From contig JAUCBJ010004499.1 in assembly GCA_032718475.1 (NCBI GenBank), positions 1-46,957 on the forward strand: a DNA stretch of 46,957 nt, written 5' to 3'. This DNA comes from Nemertoderma westbladi (Eukaryota > Animalia > Xenacoelomorpha). The translations under genes were made by a program, and so were the position numbers. The stretch's first letter is position 1; each line of letters begins with the position of its first letter. This document shows positions 26,001-34,547 of this stretch, in pieces. Under the pieces are notes generated by a model that saw only the letters and a program-made list of their open reading frames with translations, had not been told where the DNA came from and did no database searches.

Positions 26001-29000
26001 AAGATAGACTCGATTACTTCTACTGGATACTTACCAATCTGGGCTGTTGCCGTTTTCTTTAGAACGAACAGCGTGCCATTCGGACTATCGCGGGCGCCAA
26101 ATATCCTAACGTACATTTGGTATGTAACCACTGGGCCGGATAAGTCTTCATTCTCAAACCAGAGAAAGCGAAGGCTATCCTGGTCTGCCTTACAGGCTCT
26201 TACCTGGTGGAACATCGCCTCGATGTCACAAGTAAATGCGAATCGCCGCTGTCTAAAACGCAACAGTATTCCAATCAAATAGTTATTCAGGTTGGGACCA
26301 TCCATCAACTCTGAATTCAGGGACATACCTCTATAGACTGCTGCGCAGTCGTTGACTACTCGGACTTTGTCTGGCTTGTCGGGGTGAGTCACATAGTGGT
26401 GTGGAAGGTAATAAGTCTGGTCTGTCACTAAGTCAGGGTCCTCTACCTTCCCAGCAAATCCCTTGGCAAAATAGTTGTTGATCTGGGCGCAATACTTCTC
26501 CCTAATGTCTGGATTCCTTAACAACCGAGCCCTTACTCCGTTCAATCTTTTCAAGGCTAAGTTGTAGTTGTTCTCCAACTTAGGTGGTTGTCGACGCCAC
26601 AACATTCCAACTTCAAAATGTCCAGTCGGTAGTAGACGTATGGTATCTTCCATCATCTCCAGCGACCGTTTCTCATCAGTAGACATGGCTAGGTCATATC
26701 CACCGGGTTCCATTGCGTCCCTATCCAGCCATTCGACGGTTCTGGCTCCTGTCTCGAGGTCCTGGCGTATCAATTCCTTCTGTAATTCCTCCTCACTGTA
26801 TTGAAAAATGTCTAGGTCTCGATATTTAGCCACTTGACCCTCCACTATGTCTGTATAAGTCAAAACGTTAGTCAAATAGGTAGCGTGGGCCGCTGAACCA
26901 GACCCACGGGTCTGATAACAGTAGTCCTCGGGTTCACTATCTGTCCGGTCGTTATGAAGTGGTTCCGACAACCTAACATTATCGGGAATCAACTCCTCGT
27001 CCGACTCGCTAAAGTCACTATAGTGGTCAATACAGGTTCTCCTAAACTCGTCTATGTCTGGTGGTTCTACTAACGGTGGTTGAGCTATAGGCTGTAATTC
27101 GTCGTATCTGTTTATTGGCTTGTCGCCGCCTGTAAACTCATAAGACATGGGTACTCGTGTATACCAACCTAGTATGGTCCTATGGGCATTTGGTCCATTG
27201 ACATGCGGCTCAGCTGGTCTCGTTTCCCATATCTGGTGTGCGATCAGCTGTTCTGCACCAATCAACATAGAAACATTCCTATAACCTACCTGGTGTCTGG
27301 GTATCCTGAGCTTGTCAAAATACTCCTGTGCTATGGGACTCATCGGCGGCACCTTACCTAACTGCCTGCCGAATCCCTTCATAGCTAGACACTTAAATCC
27401 GTCCAATGGCAAAGCTTTCCGTTCTTGTCGAGTGTGTTGGTCTCTCGGAAGTAGGGAGTCTAGTTCTACCGAAATTCTGTGTCCCTTGAGGTCTCCTACC
27501 CCGTGCATAGACTTCAACTCTATTTGGATCTCCTCGGCGTCCTGGAAGCTAGAAATGGCTCTCGCCACTTCCTCGTCGATATACGATAATGTGGACGCAG
27601 TGTCCAACATCACATATATTCGCTTCGATCCCTTATCGCCAGTAAGTTTCACCGGAATCACGCTAAATATTTCTGACGTGGCCGATGATAAATACGTCCG
27701 CGCGCTGGTCGATGAACTATCCGCAGTGAAACCTTGGCAGGTCACTTCTCTTGCGCTCGACTCGCCATCTTCGTCCGACGAACCTGGTTGATAACCATCG
27801 TCCTGAATGCCGGTGTACGTATTCCTCCTTATCGATACGGGTTCTTTGCTCCCCTTCCTGTGAGGATTTCGCTGTAAGTAACGGTCCGTTGGGGTGTGGA
27901 AATCCGCATGTAGCAACTTGTGATGTAGTCTGCCGCATTCCATGCATCCGTCCTTGCTGTTCGGGCACTGCCGCCGTACATGTCCTGGCGCAAGACATGC
28001 CCAACAGGTGTCCAACGTCCGCACTTGAACTCTTCTCTGTTCCGAATTTAATTCTTTGAACCGTCTGCAACTATCTAACTTATGGTCGTCAGATCTTACC
28101 TCCTTTAGTAAACAGTATTGGCAACCTACAAATCCATCCGGCAACTCCTGTTGCTTTAACCTAGGTCTATCTAACCGCTCACCTGACCATACTCGCGAGT
28201 CTGATCTAAAGGCTGGGGTACTCGAATTATATCTGTCTACTGAGTTAAATGTCACAGTGGTCCTGTCGTCGTCAAAACTTACCATAGACTTACCGGTAAC
28301 AGGTTTAGACTCTCTCATATTCTCTTCTGAGAAGTTTGATTTCATCTCTGCTACTGCGTCTGTGGCTATCATGTCATGAATATGCTGAAGTGTCAATACT
28401 TTACCTTGGCCCTCCAACTTATTCTCTAATTTGCGCCATTTCTGTCTGTAACGCATGTTTAGACGTCTTATTACGCTTTTCAAAACTTCGGCGTGATCAC
28501 CATGATGAGGTAGATTCACCGTCCTCAAGATGTCCAATGCGTTCGAAATAGCGTTCGCTAAGTTCAACAGCTCTAACGGAGTTGTAATCCTTCCGCCCTT
28601 ACCCAAGTCTTCCACTATCGACTGCGCCATCTTGGTTTTATTCCCGTAGATGTCACTAAGCGTCTTCATCGCTAACTCGAATGCCCTTTCATTGCCGACG
28701 AAGTTATCAGCAATGGCTCTAGGTTCTCGATGGAGCATCTGAAGCAAATAGTTGAACTTCTCGTTGGGAGTAAATGTGCTGTTGGTTAGCTGCTCGTCGA
28801 CATAGGTTCTAAAGGTCCTCCAGTGCTTATGGTTGCCCATAAACCTTTGGGGTTGTTGCGTCGGCAGTCCTTGCCTAGCAGCAAACTTACCTATGTCTCT
28901 AAGGGTTGCGTCGTTCCGGGTTAACAAATGGTTTAGTTCCGCAGGGTTGTTAAGTCTGGTCCTTTCCCGGTGGTTCCAACTTACCTGCTCCGCGTCCGTC

Positions 29001-29767
29001 CTTCTTTCCTTATAGTTTCGGGACTTCTGACGTCTCATTTCTTCCTCTTCATCGCTTGACTCGGTGTCAGTCCTTAGCGCTCGCGATGGTTTGCGCGCCG
29101 AGGCCCTGACCCAAGCATCTTGTATAAATTTCTCGGCCGAATTTTCGAAGTTGGGATTATGAATATTCGGGACAGGCGTCCTTACCTGAGGTCTATGTGG
29201 TATAGTCTCCTCCGATATGCGTACTCGTTGACTAGGCTGGACTTTATCTAACTCAGGCCTGCTGGGATTAGAATTACTTCTTACCTGGGCTGCTTCCTTT
29301 AACCGTAGGTTGCTAAGCATGTCCGTTATAGGTTGGATGTGCGGCGATATAGCTTGCGCTAAACTAGCACTTAACTCATCCCTCGTAATAAATTCCTGGC
29401 TAGGGTTCTGTTGTATAGTCGGCTCTATCTGAGTAATCCGCTGTCTCTCATATGATCCCTCTTCCGGTTTAACCCGGAAGTTCTCCGTCGAACTGGGTCG
29501 GCGCTCCGTCCGCGTATTCCAAACCCGCGGGTTCGGTTCGCCCAATACTCGTCCCGTCGGAGTTTCTCTAAACTCTTCATCGTCGTGTTCGGTGTGTAGT
29601 GGTGCGATGTTCTGATGCCGTGGATTCTGCGCGATAGGTGAAGCACTAATACCAACTGGCGTGCGATATGTAGAGAACGGTTTAGCGATCCGTGTACTCG
29701 TAATAGCTGGACCGGGTATAGGAATTCTGGTCGTCGTCGACTCGCGTATAGTCGGAGTTCTCGCTTC
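23015..29767 (-). CDS. BEL/Pao Gag-Pol polyprotein, main part (Gag core, 3 Zn knuckles, aspartic protease, RT, RNase H, integrase, C-terminal domain)
   Basis: DUF1759-like FMGNHKHWRTF...EKFNYLLQML; CQYC..H..C, CWACLAPGHVRRQC and CMECGRLHHKLLH (~27907-28125); LDTAS (27593-27604); YYLPHH, DIEAMFHQV and FYMDD (25979-25993); FSDAS and NPADITSRG; GVDCFGP, SDKGTNF, WERLVRSVK and LNSRP; DUF5641-like FWEYW..YL. The frame is open without stops from 29767, upstream of the tracked TTG at 29545. Confidence 0.95.
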   Translation of the reverse strand, partial: EARTPTIRESTTTRIPIPGPAITSTRIAKPFSTYRTPVGISASPIAQNPRHQNIAPLHTEHDDEEFRETPTGRVLGEPNPRVWNTRTERRPSSTENFRVKPEEGSYERQRITQIEPTIQQNPSQEFITRDELSASLAQAISPHIQPITDMLSNLRLKEAAQVRSNSNPSRPELDKVQPSQRVRISEETIPHRPQVRTPVPNIHNPNFENSAEKFIQDAWVRASARKPSRALRTDTESSDEEEEMRRQKSRNYKERRTDAEQVSWNHRERTRLNNPAELNHLLTRNDATLRDIGKFAARQGLPTQQPQRFMGNHKHWRTFRTYVDEQLTNSTFTPNEKFNYLLQMLHREPRAIADNFVGNERAFELAMKTLSDIYGNKTKMAQSIVEDLGKGGRITTPLELLNLANAISNALDILRTVNLPHHGDHAEVLKSVIRRLNMRYRQKWRKLENKLEGQGKVLTLQHIHDMIATDAVAEMKSNFSEENMRESKPVTGKSMVSFDDDRTTVTFNSVDRYNSSTPAFRSDSRVWSGERLDRPRLKQQELPDGFVGCQYCLLKEVRSDDHKLDSCRRFKELNSEQRRVQVRTLDTCWACLAPGHVRRQCPNSKDGCMECGRLHHKLLHADFHTPTDRYLQRNPHRKGSKEPVSIRRNTYTGIQDDGYQPGSSDEDGESSAREVTCQGFTADSSSTSARTYLSSATSEIFSVIPVKLTGDKGSKRIYVMLDTASTLSYIDEEVARAISSFQDAEEIQIELKSMHGVGDLKGHRISVELDSLLPRDQHTRQERKALPLDGFKCLAMKGFGRQLGKVPPMSPIAQEYFDKLRIPRHQVGYRNVSMLIGAEQLIAHQIWETRPAEPHVNGPNAHRTILGWYTRVPMSYEFTGGDKPINRYDELQPIAQPPLVEPPDIDEFRRTCIDHYSDFSESDEELIPDNVRLSEPLHNDRTDSEPEDYCYQTRGSGSAAHATYLTNVLTYTDIVEGQVAKYRDLDIFQYSEEELQKELIRQDLETGARTVEWLDRDAMEPGGYDLAMSTDEKRSLEMMEDTIRLLPTGHFEVGMLWRRQPPKLENNYNLALKRLNGVRARLLRNPDIREKYCAQINNYFAKGFAGKVEDPDLVTDQTYYLPHHYVTHPDKPDKVRVVNDCAAVYRGMSLNSELMDGPNLNNYLIGILLRFRQRRFAFTCDIEAMFHQVRACKADQDSLRFLWFENEDLSGPVVTYQMYVRIFGARDSPNGTLFVLKKTATAQIGKYPVEVIESILRNFYMDDGLVSKDTAEQAIEVAHGLQECLATGGFPLTKFTTNSEALLESFPVKDRGSGDIELGVEPIPMARVLGLAWNPNTDKFQVRVRFEPSSPDKVLTKRICLSTLSRLFDPMNFISPVILQARACMRKIWLSDVEWDEPISPIHAKQWREWEAELHLLKNIDVPRSYFPNQLVFPADLELHLFSDASDTGFGMVAYLCREVSQDKFETAFVTSRSKTMPVKYMTVPRAELQAAVVSVEVSKQITEELDTTLTLFYWTDASLVLVYIAADNIALKTFVANRRAQIVDFSTKEQWRHCPGVLNPADITSRGAMPAEFCREESQEFWLHGPDFLTRTQEHWPERLKIVTNPMPEDAEVKVEKVSKSKSKAKLKSLERPEESLERPEESLERPGDLSDQQTYVTTRSGRVSYDVKPPLQTKPESKLVSDGQKMTDTMDPLVSKPAGLDSKLPLVSGQPSLALESCSVYDKLLNSSASWLTICKRTAWISRYVSYLCIKYSKHLREPLSTNSERIRKLKQPLTEDEIDQAELKHLKHYQMCAFPKEFHLLSAQRPVLYKPLRKWSPLIHKGLICHRSRIQTVDINSQFLFPVIIPSHPIELQRAILWDIHKRLHHAGKLHCLSAARQRFILLQPSRAVGTMYDACLVCKRVNARVLEQEMAELPEARVQAYDPPFTNTGVDCFGPIEAKSGRLTHKRWGLLLTCMASRAIHIERVADMSTKSLLLALKRFMARRGLVKAFYSDKGTNFVGGNSELNAAHKAAQNKEISAALLPQRVEWRFNTPESPWRGGSWERLVRSVKQAIAKTLPVNKQLTDDELVTAFIEIEHTLNSRPIAMLPDGVALTPNHLLMQSPAFLVPASEPISADLYSRKSWKVTQLVAYTFWEYWREYYLPTISTRTKWYKTVRSLQKGDYVLITEPIVKRKYWETGVILHTHPDVQNIVRTVTVKIRCKCPHPKKCKTNGLHTLDRPVQDIVLLEETRIETGDYNLSPASKQN
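24825..24882 (-). repeat. 21-bp coding tandem repeat (SLERPEE, about 3 copies) in the RNase H-integrase linker
   Basis: ggccgctccaatgactcttca units. Confidence 0.9.
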
Positions 29768-31330
29768 CTATTCGGCCTTCTGCAGTGCGAACAGTTCTCG
29801 CAACTCAGTCCCTACACTCGCCCCACATTCTTCGATCATTCGCATCCCCTTCTCGGCGATTTCGTTCGCCTTCCTAGTCCGTTCTTCGCTCTCTAAACTT
29901 AATCTCGCACTTTCCAACTGCGCCAGTTTACGTTCTTCTTCCTCCTTTGCTCGTCTCGCTGCGCCCTCTTCTTCCACACGCGCCTTCTCTTCATACAACG
30001 CCCGTCGCTCCCTCTCGCGCTCAAGTTCGCGCTCCTTGCGCTCGCGTTCGAGTTGGAGTTCGCGTTCTTCGCGTTGGAGTTGGAGTTCGCGTTCTTCGCG
30101 TTGGAGTTGGAGTTCACGTTCTTCGCGTTCGCGTTGGAGTTGGAGTTCGCGTTCTTCCTGTTCGCGTTCCGCTTGTTCACGCTTACCTTTCTCTTCCAAC
30201 TCTCGCAACTTTGCGTCTAACTTACGTGTGCGCTCGCGTTCCCGCTCGGCTTCCTTCCGTGCTTCCGATGCACGCAAAACTTCCGCCTGCTGTTCGTCTA
30301 GTCGGCGTCTTCTCTCCTCCGCCGAGTTGTGCGAAACAAGGGATCTAGCACATATAACCTTACCTCGCGCGTGACTAACCTGGGAATCGCCGCTGTCTCT
30401 GGATGCGTCGTCGGGTGGAGTCAACGTCCTCTGTTGAATGTTCTCCGTCGTCGGTAGCACCTGACCCGGTACCACCACTCCATTCTGCATCAGCCAGCTA
30501 GTAACTTCCCTCTGATAACGGCGCTCCTCTTTATCCTGGATCTCTTCTCGCTCCACTAAGTCTCTCAACTCTGCGTCACTCACCTGAGTCGCCTGCGCTT
30601 GTGATGCCCATAGCAGCCAGTTCTCCGTCCTAATTCGTCGGAATCGCTCCGATAACTCGCGGTGCTCCAACAAGGCTGCTAAAACCCTGTCGTAAATCCT
30701 CGTCGCCACGTCGCTCGACTGAGACTCTACTGCCTTCTTTGCTAGGACTGCAAGCTCCTCCATCTGCTTGAATAACGCTGAGTTATATCCTCTTCTAATC
30801 TCTACTAACTCTACCCTCCCGATGTTCGCTGAGTCGGCTAACATTTTCCTTACCTTGTCCGCCGTCCGAGTTATATGTCCGGCATGCGCGTGAAGTTTCT
30901 TCTTTATCGCGATATCAAGTTCTCTCTCGCTTACCTGACTCACACTTGGTGGACTTGAAGGATTATTTCGGGAACTACGGGTACTTCTAACAGCCGTCGG
31001 GACCACGGCACTTACCATACCCACAGGTCTGGAAACCGGGCTCCGGGCTCTCGCTTCTGCTACACTACCCTCCCTATCACTCACCTCTGTCCGGGTTGCT
31101 GTACAATCCTTCCTTACAGTAGCAGTAGGGGATCCTAATACTATTACCTGAGGCTGCTGTTCTTCCTCACTGGTCACTGTCTCATCCTCCTGTTCACTTA
31201 CGTCAGCGTCGCTCGCTGCGTCGTCATAGTCGGCATTGTCGTCAACAGTAATATTTACGCTATCGTCAGTCGGCGGTCCAGCCGCCGTCTCATAGCTGTC
31301 CTCTAGTGCCTCCTTGTCTGAGACACTCAT
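29768..31330 (-). CDS. N-terminal Gag extension (acidic/disordered plus long E/R coiled coil), in the same frame as the polyprotein, ending at an in-frame TAG
   Basis: 520-aa ORF from ATG 31330, in the same frame as 29545; translating 29767-29546 shows no stop, so the combined frame is 2771 codons with one TAG at 29770-29768. Confidence 0.85.
   Translation of the reverse strand: MSVSDKEALEDSYETAAGPPTDDSVNITVDDNADYDDAASDADVSEQEDETVTSEEEQQPQVIVLGSPTATVRKDCTATRTEVSDREGSVAEARARSPVSRPVGMVSAVVPTAVRSTRSSRNNPSSPPSVSQVSERELDIAIKKKLHAHAGHITRTADKVRKMLADSANIGRVELVEIRRGYNSALFKQMEELAVLAKKAVESQSSDVATRIYDRVLAALLEHRELSERFRRIRTENWLLWASQAQATQVSDAELRDLVEREEIQDKEERRYQREVTSWLMQNGVVVPGQVLPTTENIQQRTLTPPDDASRDSGDSQVSHARGKVICARSLVSHNSAEERRRRLDEQQAEVLRASEARKEAERERERTRKLDAKLRELEEKGKREQAEREQEERELQLQREREERELQLQREERELQLQREERELQLERERKERELERERERRALYEEKARVEEEGAARRAKEEEERKLAQLESARLSLESEERTRKANEIAEKGMRMIEECGASVGTELRELFALQKAE
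30040..30165 (-). repeat. 27-bp coding tandem repeat (EERELQLQR, about 4 copies)
   Basis: gttggagttggagttcgcgttcttcgc units visible in both DNA and protein. Confidence 0.9.
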
Positions 31331-32455
31331 AGTCTAAATAATGTTTGCCTTCCGGCAAAATATCTCGCAAAAGTTCGAGATATAATTATAATTTAACCGA
31401 AATACGGTCAAATTAATTGTCAAATAATCAGTTGGTCCAAATGTCAAATAAATTCGCAATGCAATATTGTGAATTTAATGGGGTATAGTTATAGCAAATA
31501 CTAGCACAATATTTAAACAAAAATATTATTATATAGCTACTATAGCATTAAATACCGGTATAGCACAAATAACTTTGAATCTAATACAAAATATTCAAAA
31601 TAAACTTGCCACCCGAATATTTCTAATTTTATATAGCTCTAATCAACGTAATTTTAATTTCAAATATTATATGTATCCACTAGCGCGTGGCTACATCTTC
31701 GGGTTGCGACTCTCTCTAACTCTCTCTCTAACTTGAGCGATTCAAAAAACCATGGCCGGCTAAACCTAAATATCCTAACTAATAAATTGAGTTCAGCTTC
31801 GCAGTTAAACAACCGATAATTTTTTACTGCTTCCACAAACACTATGGTGCCAACAGAACAACTAACCTTGTTTGCTGTGAGATTCCACGTCCGCGTCCAA
31901 AGATTCAGGCCCTTCGCTGATTGCAAACCGAACCCGCAGACCCACACGAACCCCAAACTCAGAAGTTCCGTCTTGCCATGTATCTCCAGATGGTATAAAA
32001 TAACTAAGCGGTTACCTAACATACCGGTACAAAACTCTAGAATTTTACAAATAATTTTGACCGAAACTGAATTCTCGCAAACCTAGCTAAAATTTTCAAA
32101 AAACTTACTAATTACAATTTGCCCTAAGGCCTAAGGAACTGCTGTATTCGCAATTAGTAAAAACGCACTACCGTACATCCACTGTATGCAGTACAGTAAG
32201 TAAAACAGTACACCAACCTAACAGCCTAAATTGATACTGTGTGTGTGGTACGGCAAACAAATGTCCTTCTACCGTACGCAGTAACAGCAATCAGCCTAAT
32301 GTACTACTGTACTATCGTACGCAGCCAGTGAATACAGTAATCTAAACTAGCCTAAAAATACACTCTCTGTCCTACTATACGCAGTACAGTGCCTAATACA
32401 GTAATCTAATTTGTATTTACTGTACGCAGTACAGCAAGCAAATCACGTGCTTTAA

Positions 32456-34545
32456 TGTTAAACAAACTACCCCGGCCTAACCAATAAAGACACAAAACTG
32501 CTCTATTTATTAGACAGGGCAATCAGGAGCGTATTATTGCTAATGTGAGGGGCTGCTAAATACAAAACCGCTACTTACCATTAGATGGCGCTAACCTGCC
32601 GTCCGCTAATATGTTTTACTAATTTTCTACGGCTCCTGCTAATTTCTTGTTCCTTTCTCTACCAATTACTCGATAGAGAGCTAACTGTTCGAATATATGA
32701 GCCACGCGGGAATAACCAAAACAACAAACCCGAATCGGCTCCCTAAGCTGACTTAAAACGAGTGTGAGAGGTTTTACACTCAGAGTATATTCTTACACCT
32801 AATCTTACTGTTAAAGTACGCCAATGCCTACGTCTTTTCTAATCGCGAATACTGGGGGTTCCCTAACGGAATGTGTGAATGCGAGAATATTTAAAATAAT
32901 CAAAGTGGTACAGTGTTTATTAGGGCTAATACCTATAGTGGGACTAAACTTGTCTGCGGCTGGCTTTAGGCCAGCAAATTACTAATGCGTTTTGCGTACT
33001 GAATACTGCTATCTAGCTTATTGCCCGCTAATTCAAATAACCGCTCAGCGTAAATAGTTTACGGTACTCTAATTATTACCTTAGCTACTCTCCGCTATGC
33101 TGCGTACTAATTCTTAATTTTACTAATTAATTACAGTCACAAATATGTAACAGCCTAAAATACTGTATTACTTTGACCTAATCAGTAATTATTTACAGTA
33201 AACTAAGAGATAGAAATCAATCAAAGGGAAAAGAGCGCCTATCTAAGCATTCGTAATCTTAGGCACACTTTAGTAACACACCAATCAGCGTCAGCAATCA
33301 CAGCTCGCAATGCGCGATTCACAATTGTACAATCCGCAATGCACGCAATTAGCAATTACACATTCGCAATACATTATTCGCAATACATGCAATTCGCAAT
33401 TGTAAAGCACGCAGACCTCTCCCGGGTACATCTAGGCTTCCTAACTAACCCAATTCCTGCCCCCCTAATACTAAATAGAGACAAAACCTGGATCATCAGC
33501 CCCCTAATTACTGTACCAGCGAGCTGCCCCCACGCTACAATGCAAATTGCCCGACCGCAACGGTGACCCCCCGCCAGCGTTGCTCGCCTTTGAATCCTCC
33601 GCTCCCTTCGTCGCTAACCCCCCGATGTGCCCACCGCCCACTGGCGCCTTAGCCCTCCATTATGCTAATAGCTACCGTAGCGGCGCATGCAAATCACAAA
33701 GTCTGACAGGCTCAGAAATCCCTTAGGATTATTGCGCAGAAAGGAATCACATAGAACCATTAATCAAAAGGTAGAAATCATAGTTCCAGTTGTAATTTGC
33801 AGTAATCGAAGGAATTAATTGAGAAACACAATCAAGAGTAATCGCACTAGCAAATCATTTTGAGATTAATCGAAAAAGCAAATTGCAGAAATACGCTAAA
33901 ATATCCGTCAAAATTGAATAGAGACAGCTCAGCAAGTACAAGGTGATAGCAGATCATGTGAGGTGTCATGTGAGGCTCTACCGGCACACCGCCAATTTAT
34001 AGGTGATCCGGATGGGGTGATGCAATAGGGTGACTCAATCGCTCTCCTATTGGCTCTCCAGTCCGTGCTAGCATTAGACCAACCTGGAAGCAGTTAGTCC
34101 AATAAGGAGGCCGGATTGTAGCCCTATTGCCTGCCCAAACCTCAAATTATTACCATATATGGTAATGGTTCACGTCCCTGGCTGCTGAGTGGCCAGGACA
34201 GCGTCCCTATATGCTAGCCCTATTGATGCTACTGTAATATCAGCAAGCACAAAATCCAGGGTCCGAATAAACTTGCTACCCTGGAACTATCTACATATAT
34301 CCTAATACAAAATTACGTAGGTAGGGCTACATACTATACAAAATGGATGGATTCAAATATATGGGTGTTTCGATTTCCCTATCTAAATACTACTGCGTTA
34401 TTATGCCTTATCTAAAATATTATGCTGCACAACGGACTAATATTACATACAGTATAACGGACTAATATTGTGTACAGTATAACGGACTAATATATTATAC
34501 TGCATAATGGCTAATAATGTGGATACAGCGCCATATACCGTAACA
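32456..34545 (-). repeat. 5' LTR (2090 bp)
   Basis: Copy of 17042-19126 with an extra CTGTA at 34232-34236; contains a GCAAT array (~33290-33400) and 25-bp ACGGACTAATA repeats (~34430-34495). Confidence 0.97.
33995..34166 (-). promoter_or_regulatory. Putative U3 promoter of the LTR
   Basis: Minus-strand TATAAAT (34001-33995), AP-1-type TGACTCA (34031-34037), CCAAT boxes (34049-34053, 34099-34103), CArG box CCATATATGG (34153-34162) inside the 18-bp palindrome ATTACCATATATGGTAAT; this predicts a TSS near 33970. Motif matches only. Confidence 0.55.
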
Positions 34546-34547
34546 TA

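Larger units (their letters stand above)
17042..34545 (-). mobile_element. Full-length BEL/Pao LTR retrotransposon (17,504 bp), recently inserted
   Basis: Two near-identical TGTTA...TAACA LTRs; 5-bp TSD TACAC at 17037-17041 and 34546-34550; BEL/Pao domain order and motifs in the internal frame. Confidence 0.97.

Noticed and set aside
23141-29015. Many 60-160-aa ORFs overlapping pol
   Set aside because: Shadow ORFs of a long coding frame with no recognisable motifs
29661-30374. 237-aa and 133-aa plus-strand ORFs and a 93-aa minus-strand ORF
   Set aside because: Antisense or off-frame reading of the low-complexity 27-bp repeat in the Gag extension
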